From positions 544,001 to 608,000 of the forward strand of contig JBGAHS010000005.1 in NCBI GenBank assembly GCA_044226015.1: DNA of 64,000 nucleotides, read 5' to 3'. Below are positions 1 to 13,183 of the stretch, piece after piece. Positions within the stretch are counted from its first letter, which is position 1; each line of letters begins with the position of its first letter. The notes beneath the pieces were generated by a model, which did not search any database, was not told the origin of the DNA, and saw only the letters and a program-made list of their open reading frames with translations. A program made the position numbers and the translations under genes. Source of the DNA: Candidatus Obscuribacteraceae bacterium (GTDB lineage: Bacteria; Cyanobacteriota; Vampirovibrionia; Obscuribacterales; Obscuribacteraceae).

Positions 1-1
1 C

Positions 2-3000
2 ACCTCCGGTTCCGCCTGCGGCAGTGCCTGTAGATGTTCCACCATTGCCGCCTTTTATTGCAATAGCAGTAGAGTTGCCTCCATCAGCAATTAAAGTGGC
101 TGCCGCACCGAGTGTTATGCTTCCTGATGTTTGAATCTTGATTGCAGGAGTTAGTACAGTGGCTTTTGCTGAGCCAGCTGAAAGTCCGAAACCAACTCCG
201 CCACCGACGCCTCCTGGCGCATTGGCTCCGGTTCCTGCGCCTCCAACTCCGGCTGATCCCGTTATGGCTCCGGCGCCGCCTGCTGATGTGTTGATAGCTC
301 CAAACAAATTGACTGCGCCACCACCGATGCCTGTGGCGTTGATGCTGAAAGTACCGCCATCTCCAGCTGTGACGCCAACTGTGGTTTGCATGAGTCCAGC
401 GTTACCACCGCCTGTGGCGCCGCTTCCTCCGTTAGCACCAACGATTGTTGCTGTGTTGATTGCACCTCCACTCAGGTTGACTGCAGGCAGTGAAATGTTG
501 CCTGAGATTGTGTTGACACTGAAGCTGCCGCCTGAGCCTGCGGCTAGTGTTGAACTGAAGCTGAGTCCTGTACCGGCTGCTCCACCTTTACCAGAACTGC
601 TGGCTCCCCCAGCCCCAGCAGCGAAGGCCGCTGAGTTCGATGCGCCACCCGGAGCTGATACGGTCACTCCGCTTGCACCTAGCTGTATAGCTCCCGTAGT
701 GCTAGATAAGCTGATGGAGCCGCCATCACCTGCTTTGCCTATGATGCTTCCTGTGCCACCGACACCTCCTGTGCCGTTCGTAGCGTCACCACCTTTACCA
801 GCTGTCGAGGTCAGTGAATTGGAGGCTCCACCGTTAGCCGAGAAACTGCCGGAAATTGCTGCTGTGATGCCACCAGTGGTGGTAATCACTACCACTGAGC
901 CACCCGCGCCGCCGCTGCCGCTGACTGCACCTGCGCCCCCGTTGCCGCCCCCACCGACGGCGGAGCCGCCTGCTAGCTGGTTGCCGCCTGCGCCTGCATT
1001 GCTGTTTACAGTCCCGCTACCACCACCGCTTGCGTTGACACTTAGAAGAGAAGCTCCAATAGCTTGCAGCAGTATTGATCCGCCTTTGCCGCCGCTGCCA
1101 GACATTGCAGCATTTCCACCAGCGCCTCCAGCAAAAAGTCCAACTCCGCCCGCACCGCCGGTAGCGTTCGGGGAACCGGCGTTGTTTCCAACGGCTGAGA
1201 GGGTAAATTGACCTGCAATGTTACCTTTTAGTGCAGTCAAAACTATGGAACCGCCATCGCCGCCGTTTCCGCCTATGGCTGCGTTGCCACCTTTTCCACC
1301 GACTGCAGTTGCAAGACCAGTTGTGACACCCGCACCACCTGTACCACCACTGCCATTAATTGCTCCGAGTAGAGTACCGCCATTCACTGACAAAGTGGAA
1401 GTCGCTGCATTTGTACTCTTGTAAATGCTTCCGTTTGTCGAGCTTGCAATAAATTGTCCACCGACACCTGCGTTTGACTGAACTCCAGCACTTCCGCCGT
1501 TGCCACCACTTCCGCCAGCGGCGTTTCCATTGGCATTTCCACCGAGTCCGGCTCCGCCGGTTAAAGAACCGAGGTTGCCGCCATTGTTTGTCACACCAGC
1601 AAACATATAGATGTTTCCACTGGCTTGAAGACTAATACTGGCTCCTTTGCCACCCGTTCCTACGTTTCCAGCGTTACCACCGTTACCGCCATTAGAACCA
1701 GTTCCAGCATTTCCTGCTGTACCATTGTTTCCGCTTTGACCGCCCGTAGAGTTTATAGCACTGCTACCATATGTGGTGCTTGAACCGAAATCAAGATTGC
1801 CCTTAAGAACTGTATAGCTTATGAGGGAAGACGAGTCACCGCCATTGCCACCATTGCCCCCGTTGCCGCCGATGCCTCCAACACCTGATCCCGCTCCGTT
1901 ACCTGCGGCTGCGCCTTGACCGCCATTGCCACCATTACCGCCACCGCCTGTCATGTTCGAACCATACGCCATTATGAGCGCTGTACTGGCTTGCCAACTC
2001 GCAAAACCAGCGTTTCCACCGATGCCACCATTTCCGGCGTTTCCGCCATTGCCACCAGCAGCGTTAGCTGCCGCTGTGCTAGATGCAGTGCCACCATTTC
2101 CGCCGTTGCCACCGTTACCACCTGTAATCGAAGAGCCGCTGTTGAGATTTATTCTCATGGCAGAGACGGCAATAACTCCGCCATTGCCACCATTACCACC
2201 GTTGCCTGCAGCTCCGCCGTTACCGGTCGCTCCAACGCTTGATGCTCCTCCATTACCGCCGTTGCCGCCAGTATTCGCGGAGCCTCCACCGGCAGAAAGT
2301 GCAATTGAGTAGATGCCAGCCTGGCTTCCCTCTCCGCTAGTCATTGAGCCGAGAGGCAGCGACACGTTGACTACACCGCCGTTCCCACCAGCGCCTCCTG
2401 CTCCGCCGAGTCCGCCTTTGCCAGATGCTCCGGTGCCTGCAATAGATGCGCCGCCTGTACCGCCAGCGCCACCTGCTCCGCCGTTGCCCGCAGACGAGTT
2501 CAGGTTTATACCAGTGATAGTGGCAGAGAGACCTCCATTTGAGGAATTGATATTGATGACGCCACCAGTGCCGCCAGTACCACCAGAACCGCCATTACCT
2601 CCCTGACCTGAAGCGGCACCTGACGATTTGCCGCCAGTACCACCGGCACCACCATTGTTGGCTGTAGACCCTGCTGCCTGCGTAGTTCCAGTCTGCAATA
2701 TGATGCCGCGTGTGCCGGTGAAGTTGATGATACCACCGTTGCCAGCTGCTCCACTGGCTCCGCCGTCACCTCCTGCGCTGCCTGTGACCCCATCTGCTCC
2801 GGTCCCGCCAGCAGCACCTGCATTTGTAAACCCTCCGTTGGCAGTAATATTCCTCGCTACGTAGAGGGTACCACTGGTAGAATTCAGCGTGATTACGCCT
2901 CCGTTTCCAGCCGCACCACTGGCTCCGCCGCTGCCTGCCGCTCCGGCTTTCGTGGTTCCTGACGTGGCATTCGCCCCGCCAGCACCAGCTGCAGCTGTGC

Positions 3001-6000
3001 CACCATTGAGCGTGATTGTCGGCGTAACCAGATCATTCTTAGTAGTTATCTGCAAGCTACCACCGTTGCCGCCGGCACCACCTTTACCGCCTGAGCCTGA
3101 GTCTCCGCTTATTGAAGAGGATCCGCCTGCACCACCAACTGCTGCGGCGCCACCATTTCCTCCGGTGAGGGTGAAGGTTGAAATGCTGCTCATCGATAGT
3201 GCATTAAGAGTCGCGGTTCCGCCAATGCCTCCTTGACCACCATCACCGCCCTTGCCTCCGATGCCACCGTTTGTAGTGGCGCCTGTTCCGCCGGTCGAGC
3301 CAGCACCGCCGGTGCCGCCTGTGCCTCCACTCAGGGTGAGATTTCCAATCATTGTTACAGTTCTGGTCGGGGCTGATATCGTGATAGAGCCACCATTTCC
3401 GCCGGCTCCGACTGAGCCCAGGCTGAGTCCACTGGCTCCTGCGCCGCCATTGAGACCGCCTGCACCACCGCCTACCGCTGGAATAGTGGACCACGCGCCC
3501 CCAGCTCCACCGTTAGACTGCAAGTTTCCAACTGCGACTATGTTTTGTGCTGAGTTTATCAGGAGAACTCCGCCGTTTCCGCCATTGCCGCTGCTGGCGT
3601 ATGCCCCGCCATTGCCGCCAGTTCCTTGTGCGTCTGCATCCGCTCCGCCAGCACCTGGCGTCGCATTTGCCAGGTTCTGAACTGCACCACCGTCCAGAGT
3701 GACATTTCCGAGTAGCCGGACGTAGTTAGTCGAACTCTTGGCGTTAATTGTGATGTTTCCGCCCGTACCGCCTGCATCTACCGGCACCAGCGAGCCGCCG
3801 TTACCTCCCTTTGTCGCCCCTGATGGAGCGCCTGTACCCCCTGCGCCACCCGCACCGGCTGCGGTGCCTGCAGAGTATCCAGTGTTCGAGCCACCATTTA
3901 CACTCACTCCTGCTAGCAGCATTCCGCCAGTATTGGAATTGATTGTGATGCTTCCACCATTGCCGCCTGCTCCGGTAGTTCCAATATTTCCACCAGCACC
4001 GCCGTCGCCCTTCGTGGCAGACCCCCCGGCACCACCGCTCAGTCTCGAGCCCGCAGAGTTGCCACCGGTAGCGTTCAGCCCATTTCCGTTCATGTCAATT
4101 ACTGCTGAGTTGGCATTCAGTACTATGCTTCCGCCATTGCCACCATTACCAGCTGTATCACCACTGCCGCCAATACCGCCAAATGTGTTACCTGAGCCGC
4201 CTTTGCCAGCATTGCTGGGGTTCTGAGACAGAGGAGATGTCCCGCTCGCCGCTATTGTGCCAGCGGCGAATATGCCTCCGAGGGTAGCAGTGATTGTTAT
4301 TGAACCGCCATTGCCTCCGGAGCCAAGCATTCCTATACTACCGCCATTTGCTCCGGCGGAGTTGGTGCCAGCATTGCTTATACTGCCGCCATCGCCAGCT
4401 TTCAAAGTAATAGTGTTTGGATTGCCTCCGCTTGCATTTGCGACTATGTTTTGGATGTTCCGTGCAGAAACGGTGACAGTGCCACCATCTCCTGCCGAAC
4501 CGGTCACTGTTCCAAGACCAAAACCAAGCAACGAACCTCCAACGCCTGCGCTGAGTCCGCCGCTTCCGCCATTGCCTGCTTGAACTGTAGAACCACCCAG
4601 CGTGGCGCCGCCACCGAGAGCCGATAGTGTGAGGTTGTATGTGGACGCTATGTTGCCTGAGGCATTTATGACTATCTTGCCGCCGGCTCCGCCATTTGCT
4701 CCAAATCCACTATTTCCGCCAGCGCCACCAGCGCCGGTTGCACCGGAACCGCCATTGCCGCCATTTCCACCAACACCGGAGTTGCCGCTATTTCCACCGT
4801 TGAAATTCAGGTTTGCATTGTTTGGCGAAGCTATGATGTCGGTTCCAGCACTAAAGTTAAGGTAGCCACCTTTGCCCCCTGCGCCGACAAGACCTGAATT
4901 AGCACCATCTCCACCCTTGCCATTCACGTCACTGGCTGCGCCACCAGCTCCACCGGCTCCACTTGAGCCACCATTACCTCCAAGGGAATTCATTGTCGAC
5001 ATATAAACTGCTTTGGCAGCCTTAATTGTTATTGTAGGAGTAGCGCCAGCGTCCGCCGAACCGCCCTGACCTCCGTTGCCGCCGAGTCCGCCAGCGCCAC
5101 CAGCATTCACTCCGCTTCCGCCGGCTCCACCCGCTCCACCAGACGCTCCAACGTTACCGCTGAATATGAAAGTCCCATTTCCCGATGATTGGTCGATATT
5201 GAAATTGATTGAGCCAGAGGTTGAAGTTATTGCGGTGATTGGTGCATCGCTTGAAGAACCTGCATTTCCGCCAGCGCCGCCAGCGCCACCGGTACCGTTA
5301 ACGCCAGAAGAAGTTCCACCTGCTCCGCCCTTACCTCCCGTCGCCGTGGCGCCTGAATTCCCCGCAGTAATTGAGCCTTGCGAGGTAAAGCTTATATCCT
5401 TAGCCGCCGAAATGGTTATGAGCGATCTGCTCGCACTGGCCGCACCGCCAGCGCCACCAGCCCCTCCTGCTCCGGCAAATAAGCTGCTATTGGCTGCACC
5501 ACCGGCGCCACCGTCTCCTCCAGCTCCGCCTGAAGCATCAACCTGCTGAATAGTGGTGTCATTGAATGTAATGCCCCCAGCTGAAGATGTGATGCTGAGG
5601 TTGCCGGCTACTGCGCCTGCACCGCCCTTTCCTCCTGCACCACCTGCGCCTGCACTTCCGACAGCCGATGTCGAAGAGCCGCCAGCAGCGCCAGTGCCAC
5701 CGGTAGCTGGCGCGGACGTGACATTAATGAATCGAGAATTGCCAAACAGCGTTATGCCTTTACTGGCCGCAATGGTGACGTTGGGTGTGCTCGCGCTGTT
5801 AGCTGCATTGCCTCCGGCACCACCAGCACCACCAAGGTTGTTAGCAAATGTACCTGAGCCGCCAGTGTTTCCGTTTCCAGGTGTTCCGCCCTTGCCCGGG
5901 GTCGGAGTTGTGCCCGAGACCAATATTCCTGTGTTCAGAAATGCATTGATCGTAGACACTGATACTGTTATCTTTCCGCCTGCGCCACCGTCGCCGGCTG

Positions 6001-9000
6001 AGCCCCCCGAGCCGCCAGCTCCGCCTGAGAACGAACCTGCGCCACCCGTGTTCTGTCCAGCAGCTCCGCTGCCGCCGTTGGCGCCAAGACCACCGCCAGC
6101 ATTGATGTAGAATGAGCCACCACTGCTGAGTAAGCTAGCCGTGCTGCTACCTATAGTTATGCTGCCACCGACACCGGCTTTGACTCCTGCTCCTGTTCCT
6201 CCGTTCCCGCCGTTGCCGCCAGCGGCCAGAGTAGCTGAGCTTGCAGCGCCGCCAGCCCCGCCGACTCCTGCTGATGAGCCGTTGGCAAGCAAAGTGAGGT
6301 CGGCCATCGCCAGGATGTTAGCACCAGAATTGATGATGATATTTCCAGCGTCTCCTCCTGCCCCAGCGGCGCCGCCATTTCCACCGTTACCACTCTGGTT
6401 ACTTAGTGCAGCTCCGTTGATACCGCCTGCGCCACCAAGTCCACCGGTACCAATGGACGATGCTTGGGCCTGTCCTTTTGAGCCGCTGGTGCTTATAAAT
6501 GTAGCTGCGCTGATGTTAATTCCGCCTGCCGCTGTGATAGTTATGTTTGAACCTGAACCCGATTTGCTACCTATTCCGCCATTGCCACCGTTGCCACCGT
6601 CACTGCCGCTGCCACCATTTCCGCCTGCGCCACCGATGCCAGGTAGTCCACCCTCTGCAAGAATATTATTTTGCAATGTGATCAAGCCGCCAGAGCTAAG
6701 GCTTATAGAATTTGCATCACCAGCCGTACCACCGTTGCCGCCGTCGCCACCATTTGCACCTGTTTTGGTGGCTGATGTGCCACCGGTACCTCCGGCTCCA
6801 CCTGATGCGCCGGAACCTCCGAAAGTGCTGATTGCGCCGACTGTGAGGTCGGTGCTAGCACTCATGCTGATGATGCCGCCTTTGCTGCCATCACCGCCAG
6901 CGCCACCGTTAGTGGACAAGCCAGCTTTAGTGCCACTGCCGCCTGTCGCTCCAACACCGCCAGTACCGCCGCTGCCGCCCAGATTCTGTATATTGCTTGT
7001 TGAAAGTGCGGTCAAAAATGATGTGGAGCTGAATGTCAAAGTTCCCGCCGAACCACCTGCGCTTCCAGAACTAGAAATTCCACCATTTCCGGAATTCCCC
7101 GCAACTGACGAATTACCTCCTACGCCACCAGCTGCGCCATTCCCACCATTGCCGCCACCGAAGTTCATGGTGACAGAACCAAGGTCTATTCCTTTTATAC
7201 CTGTAAGGGAAAGCACGCTACCGGTGCCTGCCACTCCTGCTGTGCCTGCAGCGCCTCCACTTCCACCGTCTCCGCTAACAGTCGATGAACCACCCGCTCC
7301 GCCAGCACCCGCACCACCAGCATTGCCAGCACGGTTGTTCCATTGTAATACTGGAGTTGCTGTAGTCAAAGTGAAGCCGTTAGGTGTACTTATTGCGAAG
7401 CTTGCGGCCTTGCCACCATTGCCACCACTACCTCCTGCTCCACCGGTGCCGCCATTGACAGCACCGTTGCCACCATTACCGCCAGTGCCACCAGAACCAC
7501 CGCGTCCGCCTGTTGCTCCAGACTGATTGTAGCTCATAGATCCATACAGACTCAGAGCATTAATGGTCACCGTACCACTGTCTCCACCAGCAGCACCTGA
7601 GCCGGCACTGGCACCTAGCCCGCCGTTGCCACCTGCTGTGTTTGCTCCCCCCGCACCACCTGCGCCACCATTGCCTCCGTTACCACCGAAGTTGCTTATG
7701 TTCAATCCCTGAACAGCCGTAATTGTTCCTGAGGAAAAGTTGAGCGATATGTTTGCCCCATTTCCCGCCGCTCCGCCGTCTACCCCAATAGCGCCATTGC
7801 CGCCGTTGTTCGCAGCACTAGAGCTGCTTCCGCCTGTGCCACCAGAACCAGCATTTCCACCGCCAGCGCCAACAGCAAACAAGCTAGTTGCTAAATTGGC
7901 GTTGAAAGAGCCGTTGCTTGAGCTCAGTGTTATGGTGCCTGCGTCGGCTCCGCTGCCTGGTAAACCTGCCTTGCCTGGATTTGCTCCACTATTGCCGCCG
8001 TTATTACTGTTGGACGCGTTTGTAGCTGAACCTGCTGCACGGTTTGCGCTTGCACTAATAGCCATAGCTGCTGCTGTATTGATATCTCCCAGCGCCGTGA
8101 TTGTGACAGTGCCACCTTTACCTGCGTTACCGCCGTCTCCCCCCTTGCCGGAATTTGCAGAGAAGGTAGCGGTGCTACCGCCTGTTCGTCCAGCCCCGCC
8201 GATGCTACTGCTTCCACCTTCAACCGAAATGTTTCCTGACAAAGTCACCTGTCCGGTGCTCGACGAAACAGTGAGTGAGCCGCCCAGTCCGCCTGAACCG
8301 CCTGCGCCACCGTCTCCACCAACTCCTCCGCTTGCAGCTGTGGAGTTGCCACCAAATCCACCTATATTGCCGCCACCGCCATTGCCTGCGAACGCAGAGA
8401 CTGCAGCTATAGATATATCGCCATTCGCAGTGATGCTGATCTTGCCACCATTTCCTGCTGTGCTTGCCGAGCCTCCCGCACCGCCTGCACCACCATTAAA
8501 GTTGGTTGAATTGGCACCAGAGCCTCCACCGCCAGCTCCTCCGCTGTTGCCACCGACCGCACTGATGCCACCTGAGGTGCTCACTGTGCCCGAACTACTG
8601 AGCAGCGTAATAGTGCCGCCATCGCTGGCTATACCACCGTTTCCGCCTTTGCTTCCGTTGCCTCCTGCGGCATTGGTGCTGGCACCGGCTGACCCGCCCG
8701 TTGCTCCTGTTCCACTGACTGCGCCATCAGCAACAAGTGCTCCGAGGCTCAGTCCATTCACAGCGCTTACGTCAATTTTCCCAGCAAGCCCACTGCTGCC
8801 TCCGCTGCCACCAACGCCACCAGAAAGTGCCGATATATTGATGCTGCTGCCTCCGCTGCCAGCGTTGCCGCCATTACCGCCCGTACCAGCCAAAGTTGAT
8901 AAGTTGGCATTGCCAGTTATAGTCGATGAGGCCGTCAGTGTGATGGTGCCAGCATTTCCACCGGAAGCTCCTGAGGATGCACTTCCGCCTGCGCCGCCAT

Positions 9001-12000
9001 TTCCATTAGATGCGTTAGAGCCATTACCGCCGGTACCAGAGTTGCCACCCGCACCAGCTGCATAAGAGATACTTGTGTTGTTCAATTTCATCACTGGAAC
9101 CGTCAGGGTCAGTGAAGTGCTAGAGCTACCAGCACCGCCAATGCCACCGTTACCTGCGTTTCCGCTGTTCCCAGCAGTGACGCTCGGTGCTCCACCATTA
9201 CCACCTGTACCGCCATTGCCGCCTGCGCCTGCTTTGTTGTTGATCACGGAACCATTAAGCAGAGTCAGGTCAGAGGTGCTTATCAGCAGGCTGGAATTGG
9301 TTCCGCCTGCGCCGCCCGAACCGGCGCTGCCGCCATTGCCACCATTAATAGTGAAACCTACACTGGTGCCAGCGCCACCTGCGCCACCATTACCACCATT
9401 GCCGCCTCTGCCGAAAGTAGAACTTGCAGGGTTCATTGAGAGTTGTGTTGAAATGGTCGGTGCCGAGAGAATAAATACTCCGCCGCTGCCACCATCGCCA
9501 CCAAACCCACCACTACCGCCAAATCCTGCATTTCCATTTGCGCCTGCATTGTCGGTGCCTGCTGAGCCTGCTGCTCCGCCTGCACCACCATTGCCACCGA
9601 AATTATTAACGGTCAAACCGAAAGTTGAGACTAGTGCAGTTCCAGTTTGAATCGTGACATTTGCGCCGTTGCCAGCGTTAGGAGCTGAGCCCAGAGTGTT
9701 CGAGCCTGCGTTGCCACCATTACCAGAGTTTGAGGCGAGTACTGTACCTTGTCCGCCATTTCCACCACTTCCAGAATTACCAATAGTAGAACCGTTAGCA
9801 TTGATTGTTACACCGCCATTCAAAGTGATTGTGCCAGTGCCAAGTCCAATTTGTATTTCACCAGCGCTGACTCCGGTGCCCGCTGCTGCACCGTTACCGC
9901 CATTGCCAGCTGACACTAAGTTAGCATTTCCGCCAGTGCCACCGGCGCCACCAGCGCCTGATGTTCCTCCAGAGCTGGTCAGGGTAGTTGTACCGGTGAA
10001 GGTGAGGTTTGAACTAGAGATAAGGTTGATCTGACCAGATGTGCCGGTGCTTCCACCTTTGCCACCTGCGCCTCCAGCACCGCCATTGGAGCTACTACCA
10101 CCTGAGCCGCCATTTCCGCCTGCTCCAGCGTTTCCACTGCTGCTTGATATGTTTCCAGATACAAAAATGTCATTTGCGCTGACGTTGATCAGAGCTCCAC
10201 TTCCAGAGGCTCCACCAACTCCGCCCAGTCCGCCGTTTGAAGCGAGTCCACCAGAGGAATTGCCACCACCGCCTGTGCCGCCGGCTCCACCGGATCCTCC
10301 AGTAGCGAACAGAGTCTGCAGCTCGGCAGTCAAGCCACCAGTCACCTGGATAGACCCTGCATTGCCCCCGGCACCGCCCGCGCCGCCGTTGGCACCGTTG
10401 AAACCTGCGGCTGTCGACGTGCCGCCTGCTCCGCCCGACCCGCCAGCCCCACCACTGGAGCCTACGGCACTGACTGGCATGGATACACTCACAGCATTGA
10501 TGGTGACGTTTCCGCCATTTCCGCCGTTCCCGCCATCTGCACCGGCTGTCGGCACTGCACCTGTCACTCCGGGCAAGCCTATAGACCCTGCTCCACCGTC
10601 AGCGCTCAGCACTGTGGTCGCGTAAGAGTTGAGTGCGTTGCCCGCGTTGATGTCTATGTTTCCACCTTTGCCGCCTGCAAGAGGTGATGAACTAGCGCCC
10701 TGAGTAAAACCAGTGCTTTGTACTGAGGACACTGTGATGTCCGAGTTAGCCTTGAGGCTGACATTGCCGCCGTTGATATTTGTCGAAGTTCCACTCACTG
10801 AAATGGAGCTGGATGAGCCCATCGAAATTAGTCCAGCATTGACATTGACGTTTGCGCTATTAGCTGCAATGTTGCTGCTTTGGCTGTACAGACCTGCCGG
10901 ATCTACTGCTCCTGCAGTCAGCGCGCCGGTTACTGCCCCAGTGGAGTCTGCTGTGATAGTGCCGCTAGGATTAGCCGTTGTAATGTTGATGTTTGGAGTA
11001 CCTGAAGTACCCACAGCAAGAATGGTGTTGACGGTTACTGTCGGAGCAATGATTGTCACATTTCCTGCAGTGTTCGCTGCCGCGTTTGTATTGATTGTTG
11101 TGCTTGTCAGGTCAATTTTGTTGGCAGTGGTTCCATACGCCGCGAGAAACACGTTGCCGCCAACTCCCGCACCAGGAGTGCTAGCGTCAATAGTCACAGT
11201 TCGACCAAGAGCTACGCAATTCGTACAATATATAGAACCGCCGGCGCCAGCTCCGGTTACACTGACTGTTTCACCTACCCCAATTTGTCCCGGGAATTGC
11301 GTTGCACTGCCAGGCGTTGCTACGAGGTTTGCACCCGCCACCATTGTTATGTCGAAGCCCTGCGTACCGGCGTTGCGAGAACGAATCGTCACGTTGCCGG
11401 AACTGGTGTCAAACACTATATCGTTAGCGGAAAGATAGGTGATTGCGGCGTCAAAGCTCTGTGTGCCTGTGAGGGTGATATTACCCGACGATGTCCAGAA
11501 TGTAGGGTCACCACTGAAGTTCGTGGTTCCTAAAGTGATGCCACCGCCAGTGGCTCCCACGTTTCCTGAACCCGCAAATGTGTTAATGGTACCAGATATG
11601 GTGTCGGCAGCGACCTGGACATTTGAACATCCAGCATTGATATTCAGCTCGTTAGATAGAAGGTTTCCACCAATCAGAGAAAGTGTGTCAGACGCTGTGC
11701 CATTCGTAAGTAAATTGATCGAATTCGTAGCGCTTAAGGTGCCCAGGGTGTTGTCGATGAGCAGATTGTTTGTTTGCGTGAGTGTGTTTTTCAGCTGGTC
11801 ACCAATCAAAGATGCGAGCTGCGAGTTAAGCGCAGCTTGAGAGAAAATGTTGATGTTGTTGCTGGCGCTTATTAGCCCCGTATTCTGAACGAAGCTGCTA
11901 GCAAGATTGACTGAACCCAACGCGGAAAGAACAGCCTGACTGCTGTCGACAGAAGTGTTGACGATGCTGTTGCCCGCGATGAGGTTAAGATTGCCTGAGC

Positions 12001-12607
12001 TTGTGATCGCTCCATGGTTGACTATGGAGTTGTTAGCGAACAGTGTGAGGTTGAGAGGTCCAGCAGCTTGAAATAGAGAAGAGAGATTGAGAGGAAGTTG
12101 GCTCGAAATTAATGCGCCACCATTATTGGTGATGTTAGCTGCGTTAATCAATGCATTTTGAACGCCGGCAATGCTAGAGAAAGCGTAGAAGTGACCCGAA
12201 TTGACAAGGTCGCCAGTCAAACTAAAGGGTGAAGTTGTGGCAAAGTCCCGAACTACGGTGACATTTTGAGGAACCGTAAGTCCTGATAGAACCATTGATG
12301 GCGGCAGCACGACTGTGCCTGAAAGGGCATTACCTGCTGCTCCGATGTTGACAGTCTGGTGACCGCCTTTCATCACCTGGCTCACCGCGAGAGCTTCGGC
12401 TGGGGTCAGCATCGTTCCTGGCGTGACCAGGTAGCCGTGACCACCGACTCTGATGTTGACTGCGCTTATGTCGCCAGGGGCTGGAACCGTTTTTGCTGTC
12501 GAGGATAAATTCAAATTGCTTGGAGCTTGCTGAGCAAGAACAGGCACAGACTGAGCTGTCAGAATGCTGAAACACACCAACTTGGCTAGACGCGTTTTTG
12601 GATGCAT
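2..12607 (-). CDS. Giant secreted glycine-rich repeat protein (beta-solenoid/PGRS-like adhesin or surface protein); 3' end lies beyond the window; at least 4202 aa
   Basis: ATG at 12607 with GAGG RBS upstream. The N-terminus [27 protein letters not shown] looks like a Sec signal peptide. The frame stays open to position 2: all Pro-rich + strand ORFs from 138 to 11840 sit in one frame and are its shadow, and no minus-strand ORF is listed in this frame, consistent with no internal stop. Translation shows repeated [12 protein letters not shown] modules. Confidence 0.92.
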   Translation of the reverse strand, partial: MHPKTRLAKLVCFSILTAQSVPVLAQQAPSNLNLSSTAKTVPAPGDISAVNIRVGGHGYLVTPGTMLTPAEALAVSQVMKGGHQTVNIGAAGNALSGTVVLPPSMVLSGLTVPQNVTVVRDFATTSPFSLTGDLVNSGHFYAFSSIAGVQNALINAANITNNGGALISSQLPLNLSSLFQAAGPLNLTLFANNSIVNHGAITSSGNLNLIAGNSIVNTSVDSSQAVLSALGSVNLASSFVQNTGLISASNNINIFSQAALNSQLASLIGDQLKNTLTQTNNLLIDNTLGTLSATNSINLLTNGTASDTLSLIGGNLLSNELNINAGCSNVQVAADTISGTINTFAGSGNVGATGGGITLGTTNFSGDPTFWTSSGNITLTGTQSFDAAITYLSANDIVFDTSSGNVTIRSRNAGTQGFDITMVAGANLVATPGSATQFPGQIGVGETVSVTGAGAGGSIYCTNCVALGRTVTIDASTPGAGVGGNVFLAAYGTTANKIDLTSTTINTNAAANTAGNVTIIAPTVTVNTILAVGTSGTPNINITTANPSGTITADSTGAVTGALTAGAVDPAGLYSQSSNIAANSANVNVNAGLISMGSSSSISVSGTSTNINGGNVSLKANSDITVSSVQSTGFTQGASSSPLAGGKGGNIDINAGNALNSYATTVLSADGGAGSIGLPGVTGAVPTAGADGGNGGNGGNVTINAVSVSMPVSAVGSSGGAGGSGGAGGTSTAAGFNGANGGAGGAGGNAGSIQVTGGLTAELQTLFATGGSGGAGGTGGGGNSSGGLASNGGLGGVGGASGSGALINVSANDIFVSGNISSSSGNAGAGGNGGSGGSSSNGGAGGAGGKGGSTGTSGQINLISSSNLTFTGTTTLTSSGGTSGAGGAGGTGGNANLVSAGNGGNGAAAGTGVSAGEIQIGLGTGTITLNGGVTINANGSTIGNSGSGGNGGQGTVLASNSGNGGNAGSNTLGSAPNAGNGANVTIQTGTALVSTFGLTVNNFGGNGGAGGAAGSAGTDNAGANGNAGFGGSGGFGGDGGSGGVFILSAPTISTQLSMNPASSTFGRGGNGGNGGAGGAGTSVGFTINGGNGGSAGSGGAGGTNSSLLISTSDLTLLNGSVINNKAGAGGNGGTGGNGGAPSVTAGNSGNAGNGGIGGAGSSSTSLTLTVPVMKLNNTSISYAAGAGGNSGTGGNGSNASNGNGGAGGSASSGASGGNAGTITLTASSTITGNANLSTLAGTGGNGGNAGSGGSSINISALSGGVGGSGGSSGLAGKIDVSAVNGLSLGALVADGAVSGTGATGGSAGASTNAAGGNGSKGGNGGIASDGGTITLLSSSGTVSTSGGISAVGGNSGGAGGGGSGANSTNFNGGAGGAGGSASTAGNGGKISITANGDISIAAVSAFAGNGGGGNIGGFGGNSTAASGGVGGDGGAGGSGGLGGSLTVSSSTGQVTLSGNISVEGGSSSIGGAGRTGGSTATFSANSGKGGDGGNAGKGGTVTITALGDINTAAAMAISASANRAAGSATNASNSNNGGNSGANPGKAGLPGSGADAGTITLSSSNGSFNANLATSLFAVGAGGGNAGSGGTGGSSSSAANNGGNGAIGVDGGAAGNGANISLNFSSGTITAVQGLNISNFGGNGGNGGAGGAGGANTAGGNGGLGASAGSGAAGGDSGTVTINALSLYGSMSYNQSGATGGRGGSGGTGGNGGNGAVNGGTGGAGGSGGNGGKAASFAISTPNGFTLTTATPVLQWNNRAGNAGGAGAGGAGGSSTVSGDGGSGGAAGTAGVAGTGSVLSLTGIKGIDLGSVTMNFGGGNGGNGAAGGVGGNSSVAGNSGNGGISSSGSAGGSAGTLTFSSTSFLTALSTSNIQNLGGSGGTGGVGATGGSGTKAGLSTNGGAGGDGSKGGIISMSASTDLTVGAISTFGGSGASGGAGGTGGTSATKTGANGGDGGNGGTAGDANSISLSSGGLITLQNNILAEGGLPGIGGAGGNGGSGSDGGNGGNGGIGSKSGSGSNITITAAGGINISAATFISTSGSKGQAQASSIGTGGLGGAGGINGAALSNQSGNGGNGGAAGAGGDAGNIIINSGANILAMADLTLLANGSSAGVGGAGGAASSATLAAGGNGGNGGTGAGVKAGVGGSITIGSSTASLLSSGGSFYINAGGGLGANGGSGAAGQNTGGAGSFSGGAGGSGGSAGDGGAGGKITVSVSTINAFLNTGILVSGTTPTPGKGGTPGNGNTGGSGTFANNLGGAGGAGGNAANSASTPNVTIAASKGITLFGNSRFINVTSAPATGGTGAAGGSSTSAVGSAGAGGAGGKGGAGAVAGNLSITSSAGGITFNDTTIQQVDASGGAGGDGGAGGAANSSLFAGAGGAGGAGGAASASRSLITISAAKDISFTSQGSITAGNSGATATGGKGGAGGTSSGVNGTGGAGGAGGNAGSSSDAPITAITSTSGSINFNIDQSSGNGTFIFSGNVGASGGAGGAGGSGVNAGGAGGLGGNGGQGGSADAGATPTITIKAAKAVYMSTMNSLGGNGGSSGAGGAGGAASDVNGKGGDGANSGLVGAGGKGGYLNFSAGTDIIASPNNANLNFNGGNSGNSGVGGNGGNGGSGATGAGGAGGNSGFGANGGAGGKIVINASGNIASTYNLTLSALGGGATLGGSTVQAGNGGSGGLSAGVGGSLLGFGLGTVTGSAGDGGTVTVSARNIQNIVANASGGNPNTITLKAGDGGSISNAGTNSAGANGGSIGMLGSGGNGGSITITATLGGIFAAGTIAASGTSPLSQNPSNAGKGGSGNTFGGIGGSGDTAGNGGNGGSIVLNANSAVIDMNGNGLNATGGNSAGSRLSGGAGGSATKGDGGAGGNIGTTGAGGNGGSITINSNTGGMLLAGVSVNGGSNTGYSAGTAAGAGGAGGTGAPSGATKGGNGGSLVPVDAGGTGGNITINAKSSTNYVRLLGNVTLDGGAVQNLANATPGAGGADADAQGTGGNGGAYASSGNGGNGGVLLINSAQNIVAVGNLQSNGGAGGAWSTIPAVGGGAGGLNGGAGASGLSLGSVGAGGNGGSITISAPTRTVTMIGNLTLSGGTGGTGGAGSTGGTGATTNGGIGGKGGDGGQGGIGGTATLNALSMSSISTFTLTGGNGGAAAVGGAGGSSSISGDSGSGGKGGAGGNGGSLQITTKNDLVTPTITLNGGTAAAGAGGANATSGTTKAGAAGSGGASGAAGNGGVITLNSTSGTLYVARNITANGGFTNAGAAGGTGADGVTGSAGGDGGASGAAGNGGIINFTGTRGIILQTGTTQAAGSTANNGGAGGTGGKSSGAASGQGGNGGSGGTGGTGGVININSSNGGLSATITGINLNSSAGNGGAGGAGGTGGASIAGTGASGKGGLGGAGGAGGNGGVVNVSLPLGSMTSGEGSQAGIYSIALSAGGGSANTGGNGGNGGASSVGATGNGGAAGNGGNGGNGGVIAVSAMRINLNSGSSITGGNGGNGGNGGTASSTAAANAAGGNGGNAGNGGIGGNAGFASWQASTALIMAYGSNMTGGGGNGGNGGQGAAAGNGAGSGVGGIGGNGGNGGNGGDSSSLISYTVLKGNLDFGSSTTYGSSAINSTGGQSGNNGTAGNAGTGSNGGNGGNAGNVGTGGKGASISLQASGNIYMFAGVTNNGGNLGSLTGGAGLGGNANGNAAGGSGGNGGSAGVQSNAGVGGQFIASSTNGSIYKSTNAATSTLSVNGGTLLGAINGSGGTGGAGVTTGLATAVGGKGGNAAIGGNGGDGGSIVLTALKGNIAGQFTLSAVGNNAGSPNATGGAGGVGLFAGGAGGNAAMSGSGGKGGSILLQAIGASLLSVNASGGGSGTVNSNAGAGGNQLAGGSAVGGGGNGGAGAVSGSGGAGGSVVVITTTGGITAAISGSFSANGGASNSLTSTAGKGGDATNGTGGVGGTGSIIGKAGDGGSISLSSTTGAIQLGASGVTVSAPGGASNSAAFAAGAGGASSSGKGGAAGTGLSFSSTLAAGSGGSFSVNTISGNISLPAVNLSGGAINTATIVGANGGSGATGGGNAGLMQTTVGVTAGDGGTFSINATGIGGGAVNLFGAINTSAGGAGAITGSAGVGGAGTGANAPGGVGGGVGFGLSAGSAKATVLTPAIKIQTSGSITLGAAATLIADGGNSTAIAIKGGNGGTSTGTAAGGTGG

Positions 12608-12955
12608 TGAATTTTTCCTCTAATTATTTCTCAAGACCCTGGAGAGACGCTGCTACGTCTTCGCTCGTCGATGCTGTTCAGGAGATTGTGGTTCAACATG
12701 AGGAGCTTGAGTCGATTCATTTGTAGTGTGAAATACAAGATGAACCGAATATTAAACAAGTCTCTCTCAAAACCGCATTCTCGCCGGGACGCAAACGATT
12801 TTGCCGATTTCGAACATATCAGGCAATTATGGATTTACGACGAATGATGTATACATTCTTACGCACTGTAAATGTCCGCAAAATGACAATTTGCGGGCAA
12901 TTCATATTATCTTCGACAAGTGATTAGTCGAAAATAATCATCGCCTGCTCAGGCT

Positions 12956-13183
12956 TCAAATTTGCATTAAGTCTCTTATTTCTGACACTGACGGTCTTAC
13001 CAGGAATTTTGTCCCTGAAACCAGCACCGGCACAAGCTTTTGTCGACTCAATTTAAACATCGCTCGAAGTGACTTATAGTCTTTTGTCACGTCCTTCTCG
13101 ATAAACGACAGCCCAAGTTGATTGAGCTTCGACCGGGCACTTTCACAGTGTGGGCAATCCGGTATCACATATAGTGTCAACAT
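12956..13183 (-). CDS. Glutaredoxin / NrdH-like redoxin
   Basis: 75 aa with a CPHC active site and VP motif (KLVPVL); start codon overlaps the upstream stop (TGATG). Confidence 0.88.
   Translation of the reverse strand: MLTLYVIPDCPHCESARSKLNQLGLSFIEKDVTKDYKSLRAMFKLSRQKLVPVLVSGTKFLVRPSVSEIRDLMQI

Noticed and set aside
138..11840. About twenty Pro-rich + strand ORFs (PPLPP...)
   Set aside because: All lie in one frame and are the antisense shadow of GGx codons in the giant minus-strand gene; they are broken by stops while the minus frame is not.
1..12607. Higher GC in the first 12 kb as a horizontally acquired island
   Set aside because: Explained by Gly/Ala codon content; no integrase, att site or IS boundary seen.
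12765..12815. GGGACGCAAA resembling part of a c-di-GMP-I riboswitch upstream of the giant gene
   Set aside because: Wrong strand relative to the gene, and the GGCAAA/GNRA elements are missing.
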